Source of the DNA: Sphagnum compactum
Taxonomy: Eukaryota
Reading direction: 5' to 3'
Assembly (NCBI GenBank): GCA_965153455.1
Contig: OZ234493.1
Coordinates: forward strand, 30,494,213 to 30,558,212
DNA length: 64,000 nucleotides
How positions within the stretch are numbered: the stretch's first letter is position 1; each line of letters opens with the position of its first letter. A program made the translations under genes and the position numbers. A model generated the notes under the pieces. That model had not been told where the DNA came from, searched no databases, and saw only the letters and a list, made by a program, of their open reading frames with translations. This document shows positions 52,471-64,000 of this stretch, one piece after another.

Positions 52471-53184
52471 TTAGGGATCCATGTTTGGGTTAGGAGCAAA
52501 TGTTTGTGTGTGGGCAACATCATTGGAGTTGCTGTTGTTGGCTGCTACTGCAGTCGCTGCATCCAGGAGCTCAAATTGGTCCTTGTTCATCCGCGACACT
52601 TCAGATGGTGACAAAATCTTGATTGACCGCACACAATCCACAAATTCCCTGTATACAACTCATCACAGGGCAACAATCAGGTATGAGTTCTTCCAATAGA
52701 ATAGAAAAACAAAAAGACAATTGTTTATACACTGCTGGACTGACAACCAAAAGCTCAAACAAACTAAAAAAAAACTATCAAACCAAGAACCAAAGCTCAA
52801 ACAACTGAAAAACTAGGCACCAAAAAGAAAGCAGGAAAACCAACCTAGAAGGTTGTGTTTCCAGGACAAGAACTAGTGAATCAACCAAGATTCTTCACCA
52901 CCCAGCATAGAAAAACTAGTGAAGACACTAGTAAAGAAAGGCAACATAGGAAGAACAGGACGAGGGTTTACTCCCATGGATCATCACTAACTAATAGTGT
53001 ATCATTCTCATGGATAACATACACAAGTTGCCAACCTGATTTTACTGGTCCATCCAGTATGCCTTCTAAGTCGAACATTTGTGCAAGCTTTACTGCGCAG
53101 CTCTGCAATACTGCACAGCTCTGCATAGTTGTGAAAGTTCCTGATGTCCAAAGATCTTCCTAATTATATTCCAAACTTATGTAC
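52471..53184 (-). pseudogene. ARF: 5'-truncated, disabled auxin response factor fragment: last two exons encoding the PB1 (domain III/IV) region
   Basis: Minus-strand exon 53184-52972 (after an AG acceptor) reads [30 protein letters not shown], then a +1 shift, then [44 protein letters not shown] intron follows (52971-52649). Exon 52648-52471 reads (E)EFVDCVRSIKILSPSEVSRMNKDQFELLD...MDP*. This matches the class-A ARF PB1 consensus (GRSLDI..F..Y.EL..ELA.MF..EG.L..P..SGWQLV.VD.END.LL.GDDPWEEFV..V..IKILSP.EV). It carries an in-frame TAA, an 18-bp tandem duplication plus frameshift near 53090-53125, and no recognisable upstream exons. Confidence 0.9.
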
Positions 53185-53476
53185 CTAGGAAGGATATTCC
53201 ACACAGACTATTGATCAAAAAAACAAATCAAATAGGCGACAGAAATGAGTTCTTGACATAACTTTGAACTTTTGCGGTCTCTCATAATTAAGAGCATAGA
53301 AGAACAATTCATAAGATTTGACATCTTGATACTCATGCAATGTGTTTTTTCAGCTTTAAAATGATTATGTGAGATCCGTTGAAGTTCTTATATGTACGAA
53401 AAAGGCATTGAAAAAAGTTTTGCTACCTTAGAAAAATGTTGGTGATGTTTTTCAAATGGAGCTCACTAATTCTATC

Positions 53477-53630
53477 CACTACTACAAAATGTGGGTGCAG
53501 TTCACTAGTCCCCGTTCACTAGATTAATGAATTCACTATTTCTTCACTGTTACCTGTTCACTACAACCAGTGAATTCACTCAAAATCCACTGAAATCACT
53601 TGGCGTACAAGGATACATTTTGTTGTAGTG
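53477..53630. mobile_element. Miniature CACTA (En/Spm)-type non-autonomous element, 154 bp
   Basis: TIRs CACTACTACAAAATGT / ACATTTTGTTGTAGTG, 3-bp TSD ATC on both sides, and internal TTCACT/AGTGAA subterminal repeats. Confidence 0.88.
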
Positions 53631-54419
53631 ATCACATTTACTAATAGGTGATGCCACTCTCACAATATTAAAGAGCATTTACACACGCACCCTTCAAGTG
53701 GGCCTCTACAAGCGTTTACCACATCCAATATAGAATGTTAATTATTTCCCCATTTCCACCCCACAAACATGAAAAAATTTGAACATGATAAAGTGAGAGA
53801 CTATTTTGTAATTTATGCACCTATGCCAATAATTGTAACAAGCTAATCAAAAGTAATTTCTTTTTTCTTTTACTAGACCTTTTGTAGAGCATTATATATC
53901 ATGTGCCTATTTACAATTCCAAACCCAATTTCACACTTGTACTTCACCCAAAGTAACTTGTACAAGGCCATTTTCCAACTTTTAGGGCAGATGGGTGAGG
54001 TGCAACATTGCAATAAAATATGGTTATCATACGTGTTTTTTTATAGGAATTTTTGTTTGTGGCAATCATCCATAGGAAGATGTACAACAAGTTATCATCA
54101 TCCCTAGAAAGATTTAGCCAATTTGACTGTGTAACAAATTTTTCAGAAGTACCAATCTTAATCATCATCCTATATTTTTGGCTACACATTAAAAGTCAAA
54201 TATAGAAATATGCTTTTTTTTCCTTTTTTTTCCTTCAATGCAGATGATTAAACTTCCAAAATCTTCTCATTTTTTAATTTTGAATTTTGAATTTTACTTT
54301 TGGTGAAATCTCATCGATAAAACTACAATAGTTATCATACAATAGGAGCATTTGGCTCATGACATGGGTGAAACCTTGAAACTGGGGATCAAACCTAAAA
54401 ATAGGAGGTGAAATGAGAT

Positions 54420-55380
54420 TTGAACCTGTTTTTTGGCACTTTTTTTTTTGTTTCGGCACACTTGAAGGACTTTGAAACTTTTTTTTGTTTGGGGACACTT
54501 GAGGAACTTGTTTGATGTTTTTTTTGGCCAATTTTTTTTGTTTGGGCACATTTGAGAGACTCTTTTGAAACTTGTTTTACCCCTTCTTCTTTTTTGGGCA
54601 CACTTGAGTGACTTCTTTGAAACTTGTTTTGACATTTTTTTGTTTGGACACACTTGAAGAACCTCTTTGATCTTCCTTCAAAACCACCTTCTTTCACAAG
54701 GCACATTTGAAAGACTTCTTAGACCTTGTACTTTCAAACATTTTTAAACAATTTTCATTACAAAGCAATTTTAGGATTATGAATTGGATAGGATGATTTT
54801 TAGAGTTTGTTCTACATGGAATTATATAGTTGAAATCTTCCAATTTCCACATCTTTCTCATTTTCATTTGTGAGAGCTTCATCATTTTTTACCCTCATTT
54901 GAGACTCTTCCAACTTAGTTCTTTCTCAAGCTTACTCATATGTTGTCATTTTTGTTTTTATTTTCACTCATTGCTTAACTTTTTTCTTGTCTTTTATGTT
55001 TTCTTGTTTTCTTAAGGTTTTTAAATGTTTTCATGTAGATTTTAGAGTTTTTTTAGGCTTGTTGGATGAACTTTTATAGGGCATCTTTTTTAGAGGACTT
55101 TTAGGGGTTTTTTTAGGGTTTTTTTTAGGGTTGTTGGGTGAACATTTTTAAGGGGTGTTTTTTTTGAAGACTTCTAAGGTTTCTTTTATGGTTGTTGCAT
55201 GAACTTTTTAACAGTTTTTTTGGGGAGGATTTTTAGGGTTTTTTTAGGCTTGTTGGTGGGCTTTTTTAAAGTTTTTTTTGAAGATTTTTAGGTTTATTTA
55301 AAAACTTGTTTTTAGGTTTTTCTGGGGAGCTTTTTTGAGTTTTTCTTTTAGGGTTTTTTGGTGGTGTTTTTTAACACTTC
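54420..55380. repeat. Two degenerate tandem arrays: GGGCACACTTGA-T-rich units (~54420-54720) and TTTTAGGG/GGTTGTTGG-rich units (~55040-55380)
   Basis: Repeated G(G/A)CACA(C/T)TTGA followed by T-runs, then repeated TTTTAGGG...GGCTTGTTGGATGAACTTTT units. Confidence 0.75.
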
Positions 55381-58300
55381 TTTTACAACATGGTTTTTTT
55401 AATGGTGAAGTTCTTTCTTAGACATGGTTGATTTTGATAGTTCCTTATCAAATAGTAATGAAATGATGTTTTAAAAAACATGTAGGCAACATCAAATTGT
55501 GTTCACAGTTGTAGTTGTCAACATAACACATTAAAGTTTTTCAACATTAATGAGTTGGAAGTGTTGGACAATTAATCAATCAAAATGTGGTGTTTGAAAT
55601 GTGCTTACCATAATGTAAACAACTCTGAGGTTGTTAAAGACTTTAACAAACTTCAATTTGTTAAAATTTGATGAACTAGCAGCATTAGTGGTCCCCACCA
55701 TCAAAGCCAATGTGAAAACTATTGGTGGGGCTTGACTGTGACAAGGCACAAGAAAAAATTTGGGGATATGCAACCATCCTATTTTGTGACTATGTATTGT
55801 TTGCGACTACTAATAAGGTTGAATGCACAATTGAGTGTTTCAATATCGACAAAAATTACATTCCTTATAAGTCCATACAAGATCCTTTAAAATGATTCAA
55901 ATGGAAATGAGTTTTTTTTGAAAGATGTTATTATTATAATCTTTAGATAATACATGTTCAATCACTTATAAACCTTCCCAAATCTATGTGAGAACTTGTA
56001 TTTAATGTCGCTGATGTTATTTTTTAATTTAGAAGTCCTAAAAGGAAAACCCACAAAGTTTTTAAGAATAATGCACCATTTAAAACTTTCAAAATCATAT
56101 GGTTTTGGAACAAATAAATTGAAAAAACAAACAAAAATTGCAACTCATATGGACTTATGAAAATATGATCAAATTTTAACCATTCAAAAGTTTTTAACTA
56201 TCAAACGGTTAAGGTTTTCAAATAAAAGATTCCTCATATGAATTTATCATCTTTTATTACATCATATATTGAGTTGCAATAACAAATTTGGAATGTGAAT
56301 CAATATAATTTTTTTCATTTTGTGATGGTCCAATCAAACAATCAGTCCATATTTTTCAACTTCAAAAGTCCATTACTACTAACAAATGAATTTTTTTATC
56401 AATAAATAACCACATAATTCTTTTCATAATGAAGTTATTAGTTTTGATCCAAGTCCCATTTAGTAAATCTAAGGATATATTAATCAACGTATGCATTTGA
56501 ATAAAGGGTACCTAAGAAAAAAATATCGTTTCGTCACAATAGTGAAACATTCAATTATGCATCTACCCATAAGCATATGTATTTAGGGATGTACAATTAA
56601 AAAATCTACTTAGATTATAATAAACATTTATTATGAATATTATAAACATATTTGTAAGGTTTAATGTAAAGTTTTTGTGAAAAGGACATTCAGGGTATAG
56701 TAAAGGTGTAAAAAAATGATTTAAGTTTTTTTTTCTCATCAATAATTATAATATAATTATTTATTATTGAATAATTATTTAATTAATAGTAACTAGTTAC
56801 TAATAGTTGATAACTAAATAATTATCAATAGTTAATTTCTACAAATATTTGGAATTAAATATTAATAGAAAATTTTAAATTTTCATAATTAATTAATTAT
56901 TTTTCTAATATAATAAATTAATAAATAGTTGAATTTTACTATTAAATTTATTTTACTTATTTTTATTTTTATTTTTCATCATTGAAATAATATACGAGTT
57001 AATAAATTAGACCTAATGATTACTCAATTGATATTTTAATATCTAATCATCAATAAATTATAATTAATTTTTAATTAATTTCATTAATAAATTTTATTAC
57101 TTATTTAGTCAATAAGATTAAGTACTACCTAATAAACTAAAACTAGTTATTAATTAATTAATTGCTAATTAACTAAAACTAGTTAATTAATCAATTAGTT
57201 ACTTATTATTGAATTTTTAATATGAACTAATTATTCATTTCATGTTAGTATTTTATTAATTATCAAATAACTATTAATTAATACTTGATCCTTCATGTTT
57301 ATTTATTTATTTATATGATTTATTGATGGATGTTTATTATTGATTAATTAATTAGTTAATAGTAACTTTAATTAATATTTGATGCCACTAAAAACCATAA
57401 AAAGACGAATTAATTAGAATTATAATTAATATAATAAATTTTTATAAACTTTATATTCAATAAAGATATGTTTAAAATGAAGGGAGATATAATATATTAT
57501 ATCATCATCATCAACAATCAAATATTTTCTGATAGAAAATAAATTTTAACAATAGGTTTATTCAGAAATTATGTTATTTGAAAGATTTTTTCCCCTTAAA
57601 ACATATTGTTGAAATGTATGAAATTAAAAAAATCAAATGCATTTTCAATCAAATTATTAATTATTCTTTTATTAAGAAATTATACGTGTGAAAAGCTTGG
57701 GAAAAAAAATATAGAATGATTATTTTTTTCATTTCAACAAAATATGAGAAAGATGATAGTGGTTAAAGAAAGAAAAAAGTTTCAAATTTTGATTGTTGAA
57801 ATGTATTAAATTACAATATTCAAATGCATTTTCAGTCAAATTAAATTTTTTCTTTCTTTCAAATATTAAAAATGTGGACATCTTGGAAATAATCTCCTAT
57901 AATGAAGTTTAATTATTTTTCTTTTGAATAGTATGAAAAATATAAAATAATGAAAATTGGTTTTTGACAAAATATATATTTTTTCAAATCCAATCATCAC
58001 CTTATTCATTTCATATTAAATAGGTGGTTGGATGGCAATGGTAATGGGTTATTACCTTAAAGTTCAAGGTTGAAACCTTGATAAAACTTCCCATGTGGTC
58101 AATGGTGTTTGTTGATTGTAAAATCAACAATGTAGGTACATACAATGATAAATGGGCATATATGCACATAAATAATTTTTTTATTAATAATAGAAAAATA
58201 ATTAATATTTTATATTTTAAATTAATAATCAATGCCATGTGACAATTTCTTGATTTGATTATTTCCTAGTGAATTTGCGTGAGTGTGTCAATTCATTTTC

Positions 58301-58429
58301 AATCACTAAAAGATGTGTTAAAATCACATGATTTTTAATATAATGAATTAATGGTGATTTGATTTAAATGATTATTGAAATTCCTAATGAACTAGGGACA
58401 CATCCATATTAACATAGTGCAAGGTAAAA

Positions 58430-59030
58430 TAATTTAAAATAATTTGAAAGTATAACTTATAATAACTCATAATAGGATAACGGTTAATATCCTAGGGTAG
58501 AAGAATTGATAATAGCTTATAGTATAATATGTTGAAATAATTTAAGGTGAAATAATCTAGAAGAATAAAATATAATTTAAAATATAATAATTTATAATAA
58601 CCTAAGTTGAAATATTTAAAATATTTGATGTAATATTTGGGTAGAACAACTTTAAATAACATAAGGTGTAATTTTTTTGAATAACCAAAAATAATTTAGG
58701 GTGGAATGGCTTAAAATAATTGAGAATAACCTATAATAATTTAAAATAACCTATAATAACTTAAGGTGGAACAACTTAAAATAACCAAGAAAAGCCTAGG
58801 GTAGATAGCCTAAAATAACATAAATTGGAACATGTTAAAATAAAATATAATGAATTAGTCTAAAATAACTAAAAATATCTTAAGTTGGAATAGCTTAAAA
58901 TAACCAAGAATATTTTAAGGTACAATAGCTTGATGAGAAATAACCAAAAATAATCAAGAATAAGGTAAGGTAAAATAATTGAAAATAACCTAGGGAAAAA
59001 TAATCTATATTAGTTTAAGGTATTTAAAAT
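58430..59030 (+). repeat. Degenerate AAATAACC(T/A)AA minisatellite array
   Basis: Recurrent AAAATAACCTA / TAAGGTG(A/G)AATAA units. Confidence 0.75.
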
Positions 59031-59401
59031 AGCAATATCAAAGAAAACTTATTTACTATTATGAATTATTTCAATTAGTAATGTATTATGTCAAGTGGTA
59101 TGAAATATGATGATCATTACATAGTGACCCCATAGTGATATAACTTGAACAAGGTGAAATGATTAAAGTGGGGTGGATTTTTTTTTTTTTAAGGTCCTAT
59201 AGTGAGATAAATTAATGAACTACACCCCACTTTTATATAATGAATGTCCTAGTGGAAGTAAAAGACTTTTCTTACTGTTGCCATAATTCTATTCATAATT
59301 AACATGGTGTTTATAAATTTAAGTCACATAGTAGAACTTGAAAGATAATGACATTATAACCTTGTTAAGTTTTCAATATTCATTGTGATTTGCAATCCTA
59401 A

Positions 59402-59535
59402 CAGTACAACAAAATGTGTCCATGTTCATCGAGTGATTTCACTAGTCCCACTAAACAAGGCCTAATGGGGATCCAATGGATTCAGTAGTCCATTGAGCCC
59501 AGACTAATGAACTACACCCACATTTTGTAAAAATG
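59402..59535. mobile_element. Diverged miniature CACTA-type element, opposite orientation
   Basis: CAGTACAACAAAATGT ... GAACTACACCCACATTTTGTAAAAATG matches the reverse complement of the 53477 element ends; flanked by TAA on both sides. Confidence 0.7.
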
Positions 59536-62500
59536 TAAGCACAATAATTTGGAAGATGATGATGAAGATGATGCCTATCTTTTGGCTTTTAACTTTATTG
59601 GGCCTTACCCCCATAGGGACAAGGACTATCACATTGGATCCAACTTTTACCTTATTAAAACCGATTTCTTTGGTGAAAGTGTTTAGATTGTTTAGATTGG
59701 AATGAATTTTTTTGGTGTTTAAAGTGTGGACACAGTAGGTAGATGTACAACATCTTATTTATTAGTAAGGCCAACATGTTTATGATGCCATGTTATTGGA
59801 CATAATTTTCTTATGCTTGCAAAACTAAACAATCTTAAGTGTGTGGACTTCTTTTTATTTCAATGTGTTAAATGCATGGAAATTGTTCAAGAGGACAATG
59901 GCCTAGATGATTATGGATTTTTTGTTGAACTGGATAGGGATGAAATAGAAGGAGGATTGTACTACCAATAATCAAGACAAAATGAAGATTATTATGTGTT
60001 ATTGAAAGATGAAGGCACAAGCTTATCTCCTTCCATCTTGTTATAGGTTCAAAATTTGTTATGATTCAACCTAGTCATAGCTAGAAAGGTGGTGCAAGGG
60101 TTCATAAGCTTCTCCTTGGTGCCTCATAATATATCAAAACTATTGTAGCAAATTACTTGTAAGATGATGAAGATGATGAATAATTTCTTTGATTATGTAA
60201 ATTTGGTGGATTGCATCTTTTTATAGGTTGCAACTTCACACATTTGATGAAAAATTGGGTCCTTTTGATTCTACTACTAGGTGTGAAGTTTTTTGATAAC
60301 TGAATATATGAATATTTGTGTTATGGGAGTGCATTTTTATACTTGGATGGTGTTGTACCATTGTGGTGTTGAATTTGTTCAAAGTATGTGATGTTTTGGA
60401 TAGTACCTAAATAATATAGGCGTGGGTTTGGGTTTTAGATGGAACCTACATGATGTATTTATATTCAAGGCCATTTTAGATTACCAAGGCCAATATAAAC
60501 CACTACCTAGCTCTTTTGTTTTCTAAATGAAACATTTCGTAGGATCCATTCTAAAGTGTAGGCAATTTGAGTTACACAAGGGCAACAACCTATTTGTTGT
60601 ATTATACAATCCTTATGCAAATTTTAATGTAAGATTAAGTTCACAAAATTGAACCTAATTTGGATTTAATGGTACACAATAATATGTTTTAAAATAAATA
60701 TTACATAAACTTCTACAACATAGAATTTTCGTGAAGCTTGCTATTATGTTCTTGTTAAAAAAATTTCTTTCTTTCAATATTGTGGTTTTGAAACTTTGTT
60801 AAAATTTCCCATATTTTGAGAATTTTCCACCTAATTTACACATAAAAATGAAAATGTTGAACTTGTTCTAATTTTATTTGAACCACATTGTGAATATTCA
60901 TTAAAAAACATTCATGTTGGGACTTTTTCTCAAAGGTTTATTTTGATGAATATCTTCCTTGAACTTTTTGACACTAAGTAATGATATATAGTCCTATTAA
61001 TTATATCCAAAGGATTTGAAGAGAAATCCACATACTCCAAAATGGCATTTTTTTGCAAGTCTCCATATAATGGGTAGCCAAGAGTATAGAATTTGATTTA
61101 AAGTTATTAATTGATTAAAACATTTATATATATTACTTTGTCAAAATATTTGGTCATACAACTTGGGAAAATGTTATAATTTATATTAAATCACATTTAA
61201 TGAACTGAAAAGACCCTTCAAAAATAAAATGGAAATTTATTATTCATAATAATATTTGATAAAATTATGAAATTAAAAAAAATTAAATCAATAATTAGGA
61301 AATTTACATAATTTCAATACTTTATATAAAAATTAAAGATGTTGTACATAATATTATATCTTTAATAAATTACAGATTTTATTTTAAATTATGTTCAAAT
61401 ATTTAAATAAATATAAAAACGTTTATACACCATTTATTGATTCATTATATGTTTAAAAGGTGGAGAAATCTAACTTTTAATTTTACATTATTTTTGAAAT
61501 TCCAAAATAAATTCCATGTTGATTTTAAATATGTTTATTTACAAATCTTTTTATAAAAAGAAAAAGAATTTTTTTTCAAGACATCATTGTTGTTTAAGTG
61601 AATGAAATAGTGAAGATATAAATGCATTTTTAGTCAAATAACTTTATAGTTTGTTCTTAAGAAATTATAGATGTGTACATCTTGGAAAAATAATTAAAAG
61701 TTCAGTTTAATTTTTTTCATGTGGACAAACTATGAAAAAAATAATAATGGTTAAAGTTGGTTATCTTTCATTACAACAAAATGCGTCTTAGTTCACTCTG
61801 GGTTTGACTAAATTTTGAGTGAATTTGGACATTTTTATTTGGTGAAATTGTTTAACCCCCTAGTGAACGGGGACCAATTGCTACGGACAATGAATTGTTT
61901 CACTAGTACCTAGTGAAACAAGGTTACTATCAAGTGAAAAAGAAATTTATTAAGCCATTCACTTGCTAGTTAACTAAATAGTCGGCACGAAATCAATTAA
62001 AATTAATTATTTAATATACAATATTATTGATAATTTCATAAATTTTTAACCTATGATTTATTGACACTTGTCACTACCTAGGTTAGGTTGAAAACCTAAC
62101 CTATATAGGTAGGTCACGTAATCAACCTAGGCACCTATTCTAGGGAACTAGATAAAGAATATTCGATTAACTTACCATTGTTGACCACACACAACACCAC
62201 TCATGAGGTTTGATCCCTTAACCTTTAGAATAGAAACAAACACCATTACCATCAAGCAAACTCATTTGTTGTGATAATATGTTACATTACATTTTATTTA
62301 TCAAATGTTTCATTTTAAACATTACAAAACATAAACTTTGAAAATTCATATCTTATTGAGATTTTGTTCAAATGAAATGATTCGAGTTTACTTTTTTTTT
62401 AAATTCAATAATGTACAAATTACATTCATTTCCTTTTGAAAGTGTAAAATCGTTTAAACAAAAAAAAAGTTGAATATCATTATTCAATAACATTTCAATG

Positions 62501-62619
62501 ACCATTCTTTTGAAAAAAAGTTTAATAATTGGATAAAATTTGTGTTAATATAGTAATACTACCTATGCTAAGCTACTTTCAATTATTATATGACTAGTTT
62601 TTCATTAATTTAAATTATT

Positions 62620-63010
62620 TCACTCTACATTATTTACGGCTATTTATGGTTATTCTCAAATTTTTGGCTATTTCACTTTATGCTACTTGTGATTATTTTA
62701 AGTTACTTTTAGTTATTTTAGCTTATTTCACCTTAAGCTATTTTCGGTTATTGTAAGTTTTTTGGGTTATTCTATGTTATTTTTGGCTATTGTAAATTAT
62801 TTCACTTTAAGTTATTTGTAGCTATTATAAGTTACTTTTGGATATTCTAAGTTATTTCATCTTAAGTTATTTTTTATTATGTGAGGTTATTATTGGTTAC
62901 TTTTGGCTATTGAAGGCTATTTCACCTTATGTTATTATTGATAATTTTAGGTTATTGTAGGTTATTTCACCTTAAGTTACTTTTGTCTATTATAGATTAT
63001 TTCACATTAC
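62620..63010 (-). repeat. Same AAATAACC minisatellite array in inverted orientation
   Basis: Recurrent TTATTTCACCTTAAG(T/C)TATT units, the complement of the 58430-59030 array. Confidence 0.75.
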
Positions 63011-63049
63011 ATTATTATTGGCAATCCTAAACAACTTTACTATATGGCT

Positions 63050-64000
63050 ATTACTTGTTCTTTTATTGGGGCTATTGGTAGTTATTAATGGCTATTGGTA
63101 CCTATTCTACTGGTGGCTATTAATGGTTATTTTATTAATAGTTATTGGTGGTTATTCTATTGATGACTATTAGTAGTTATTCTGTTGGTGTCTATTGATG
63201 GCTATTCTATTAATGGCTATTGGTGGCTATTATATTGGTGATTATTTTATTAATGGCTATTGGTTGTTATTATATTAATGGCTATTGTTTGTTATTTTAT
63301 TAATGACTATTGGTTGTTATTATATTAATGATTATTAATAGTTATTCTATTAATGGCTATTGGTTGTTATTATATTAATGATTATTAATAGTTATTCTAT
63401 TAATGGCTATTGGTTGTTATTATATTAATGATTATTAATAGTTATTCTATTAATGGCTATTGGTTGTTATTATATTAATGGCTATTGGTAGCTATTCTAT
63501 TAATGGCTATTGGTGGCTATTATATTGGTGGTTATTGGTTGTTATTCTATTAACGGCTATTGGTGGTTATTCTATTGATGGCTATTGGTTGTTATTATAT
63601 TAATGGTTATTGTTTGTTATTATATTAATGACTATTGGTTGTTATTATATTAATGATTTTTAATAGTTATTCTATTAGTGGCTATTGGTTGTTATTATAT
63701 TAATGGCTATTGGTAGCTATTCTATTAATGGTTACTAATGGATATTCTATTAATGGTTATTGATGGATATTCTATTGGTGGATATTGGTGCTTATTAATG
63801 GCTATTATATAAGTGGTTATTATATTGGTGGATATTTTGTTAATAGATATTAGTGATTATTAATGGTTATTATATAATGGCTATTGGTGGCTATTCTATT
63901 AATGGCTATTACTGGATATTTAATTAATGGAGATTGGTGGTTATTAATAGTTATTGTATTAGTGGCTATTGGTGGCTATTCTATTTATGACTATTGGTAG
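63050..64000. repeat. ~25-bp minisatellite (TATTAATGGCTATTGGT(G/T)GTTATT) with a 50-bp higher-order repeat; runs off the window end
   Basis: The 50-mer TAATGGCTATTGGTTGTTATTATATTAATGATTATTAATAGTTATTCTAT repeats almost perfectly across 63301-63480 inside a longer degenerate 25-bp array. Confidence 0.92.

Noticed and set aside
52481-53163. Plus-strand ORFs at 52481-52699 and 52855-53163
   Set aside because: Antisense to the ARF PB1 exons; the recognisable protein is on the minus strand.
51872-53630. Single Pack-CACTA element that captured the ARF fragment
   Set aside because: Each small CACTA copy has its own TSD (CTG and ATC) and the outer flanks do not match, so they are independent insertions.
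55040-55380. Interstitial telomere array
   Set aside because: TTTAGGG occurs only as isolated heptamers within longer degenerate units, not as tandem repeats.
56700-57450. Extremely AT-rich tract as origin or matrix-attachment element
   Set aside because: Composition alone is not evidence; it is consistent with decayed repeat DNA.

Overview
AT-rich eukaryotic (land-plant) genomic DNA with GT-AG introns. The repeat landscape resembles what I recall from moss genomes, most likely Sphagnum; that assignment is inference and was not checked against a database. Two intact spliced genes lie on the + strand. One is a 14-exon MCTP (multiple C2 domain and transmembrane region, FTIP/QUIRKY family) gene at 24169-31411 (1020 aa). 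The other is a 4-exon, probably secreted PQQ-type beta-propeller protein (plant 'polyvinyl alcohol dehydrogenase-like') gene at 48099-50926 (540 aa). On the - strand at 52471-53184, missed by the ORF track, is an orphan, disabled copy of the last two exons of an auxin response factor (PB1 / domain III-IV) with its intron retained. The rest is mostly transposon debris: a young 820-bp solo LTR with a 5-bp TSD, several 134-159-bp CACTA-type miniature elements with 3-bp TSDs, eroded hAT-like, Copia and probable MULE coding remnants, a foldback element, and tandem/minisatellite arrays. I found no rRNA, intact tRNA or CRISPR array, and nothing I can claim as a new multi-gene system. The best leads are the orphan ARF-PB1 fragment and the PQQ-fold protein with a vicinal Cys-Cys.
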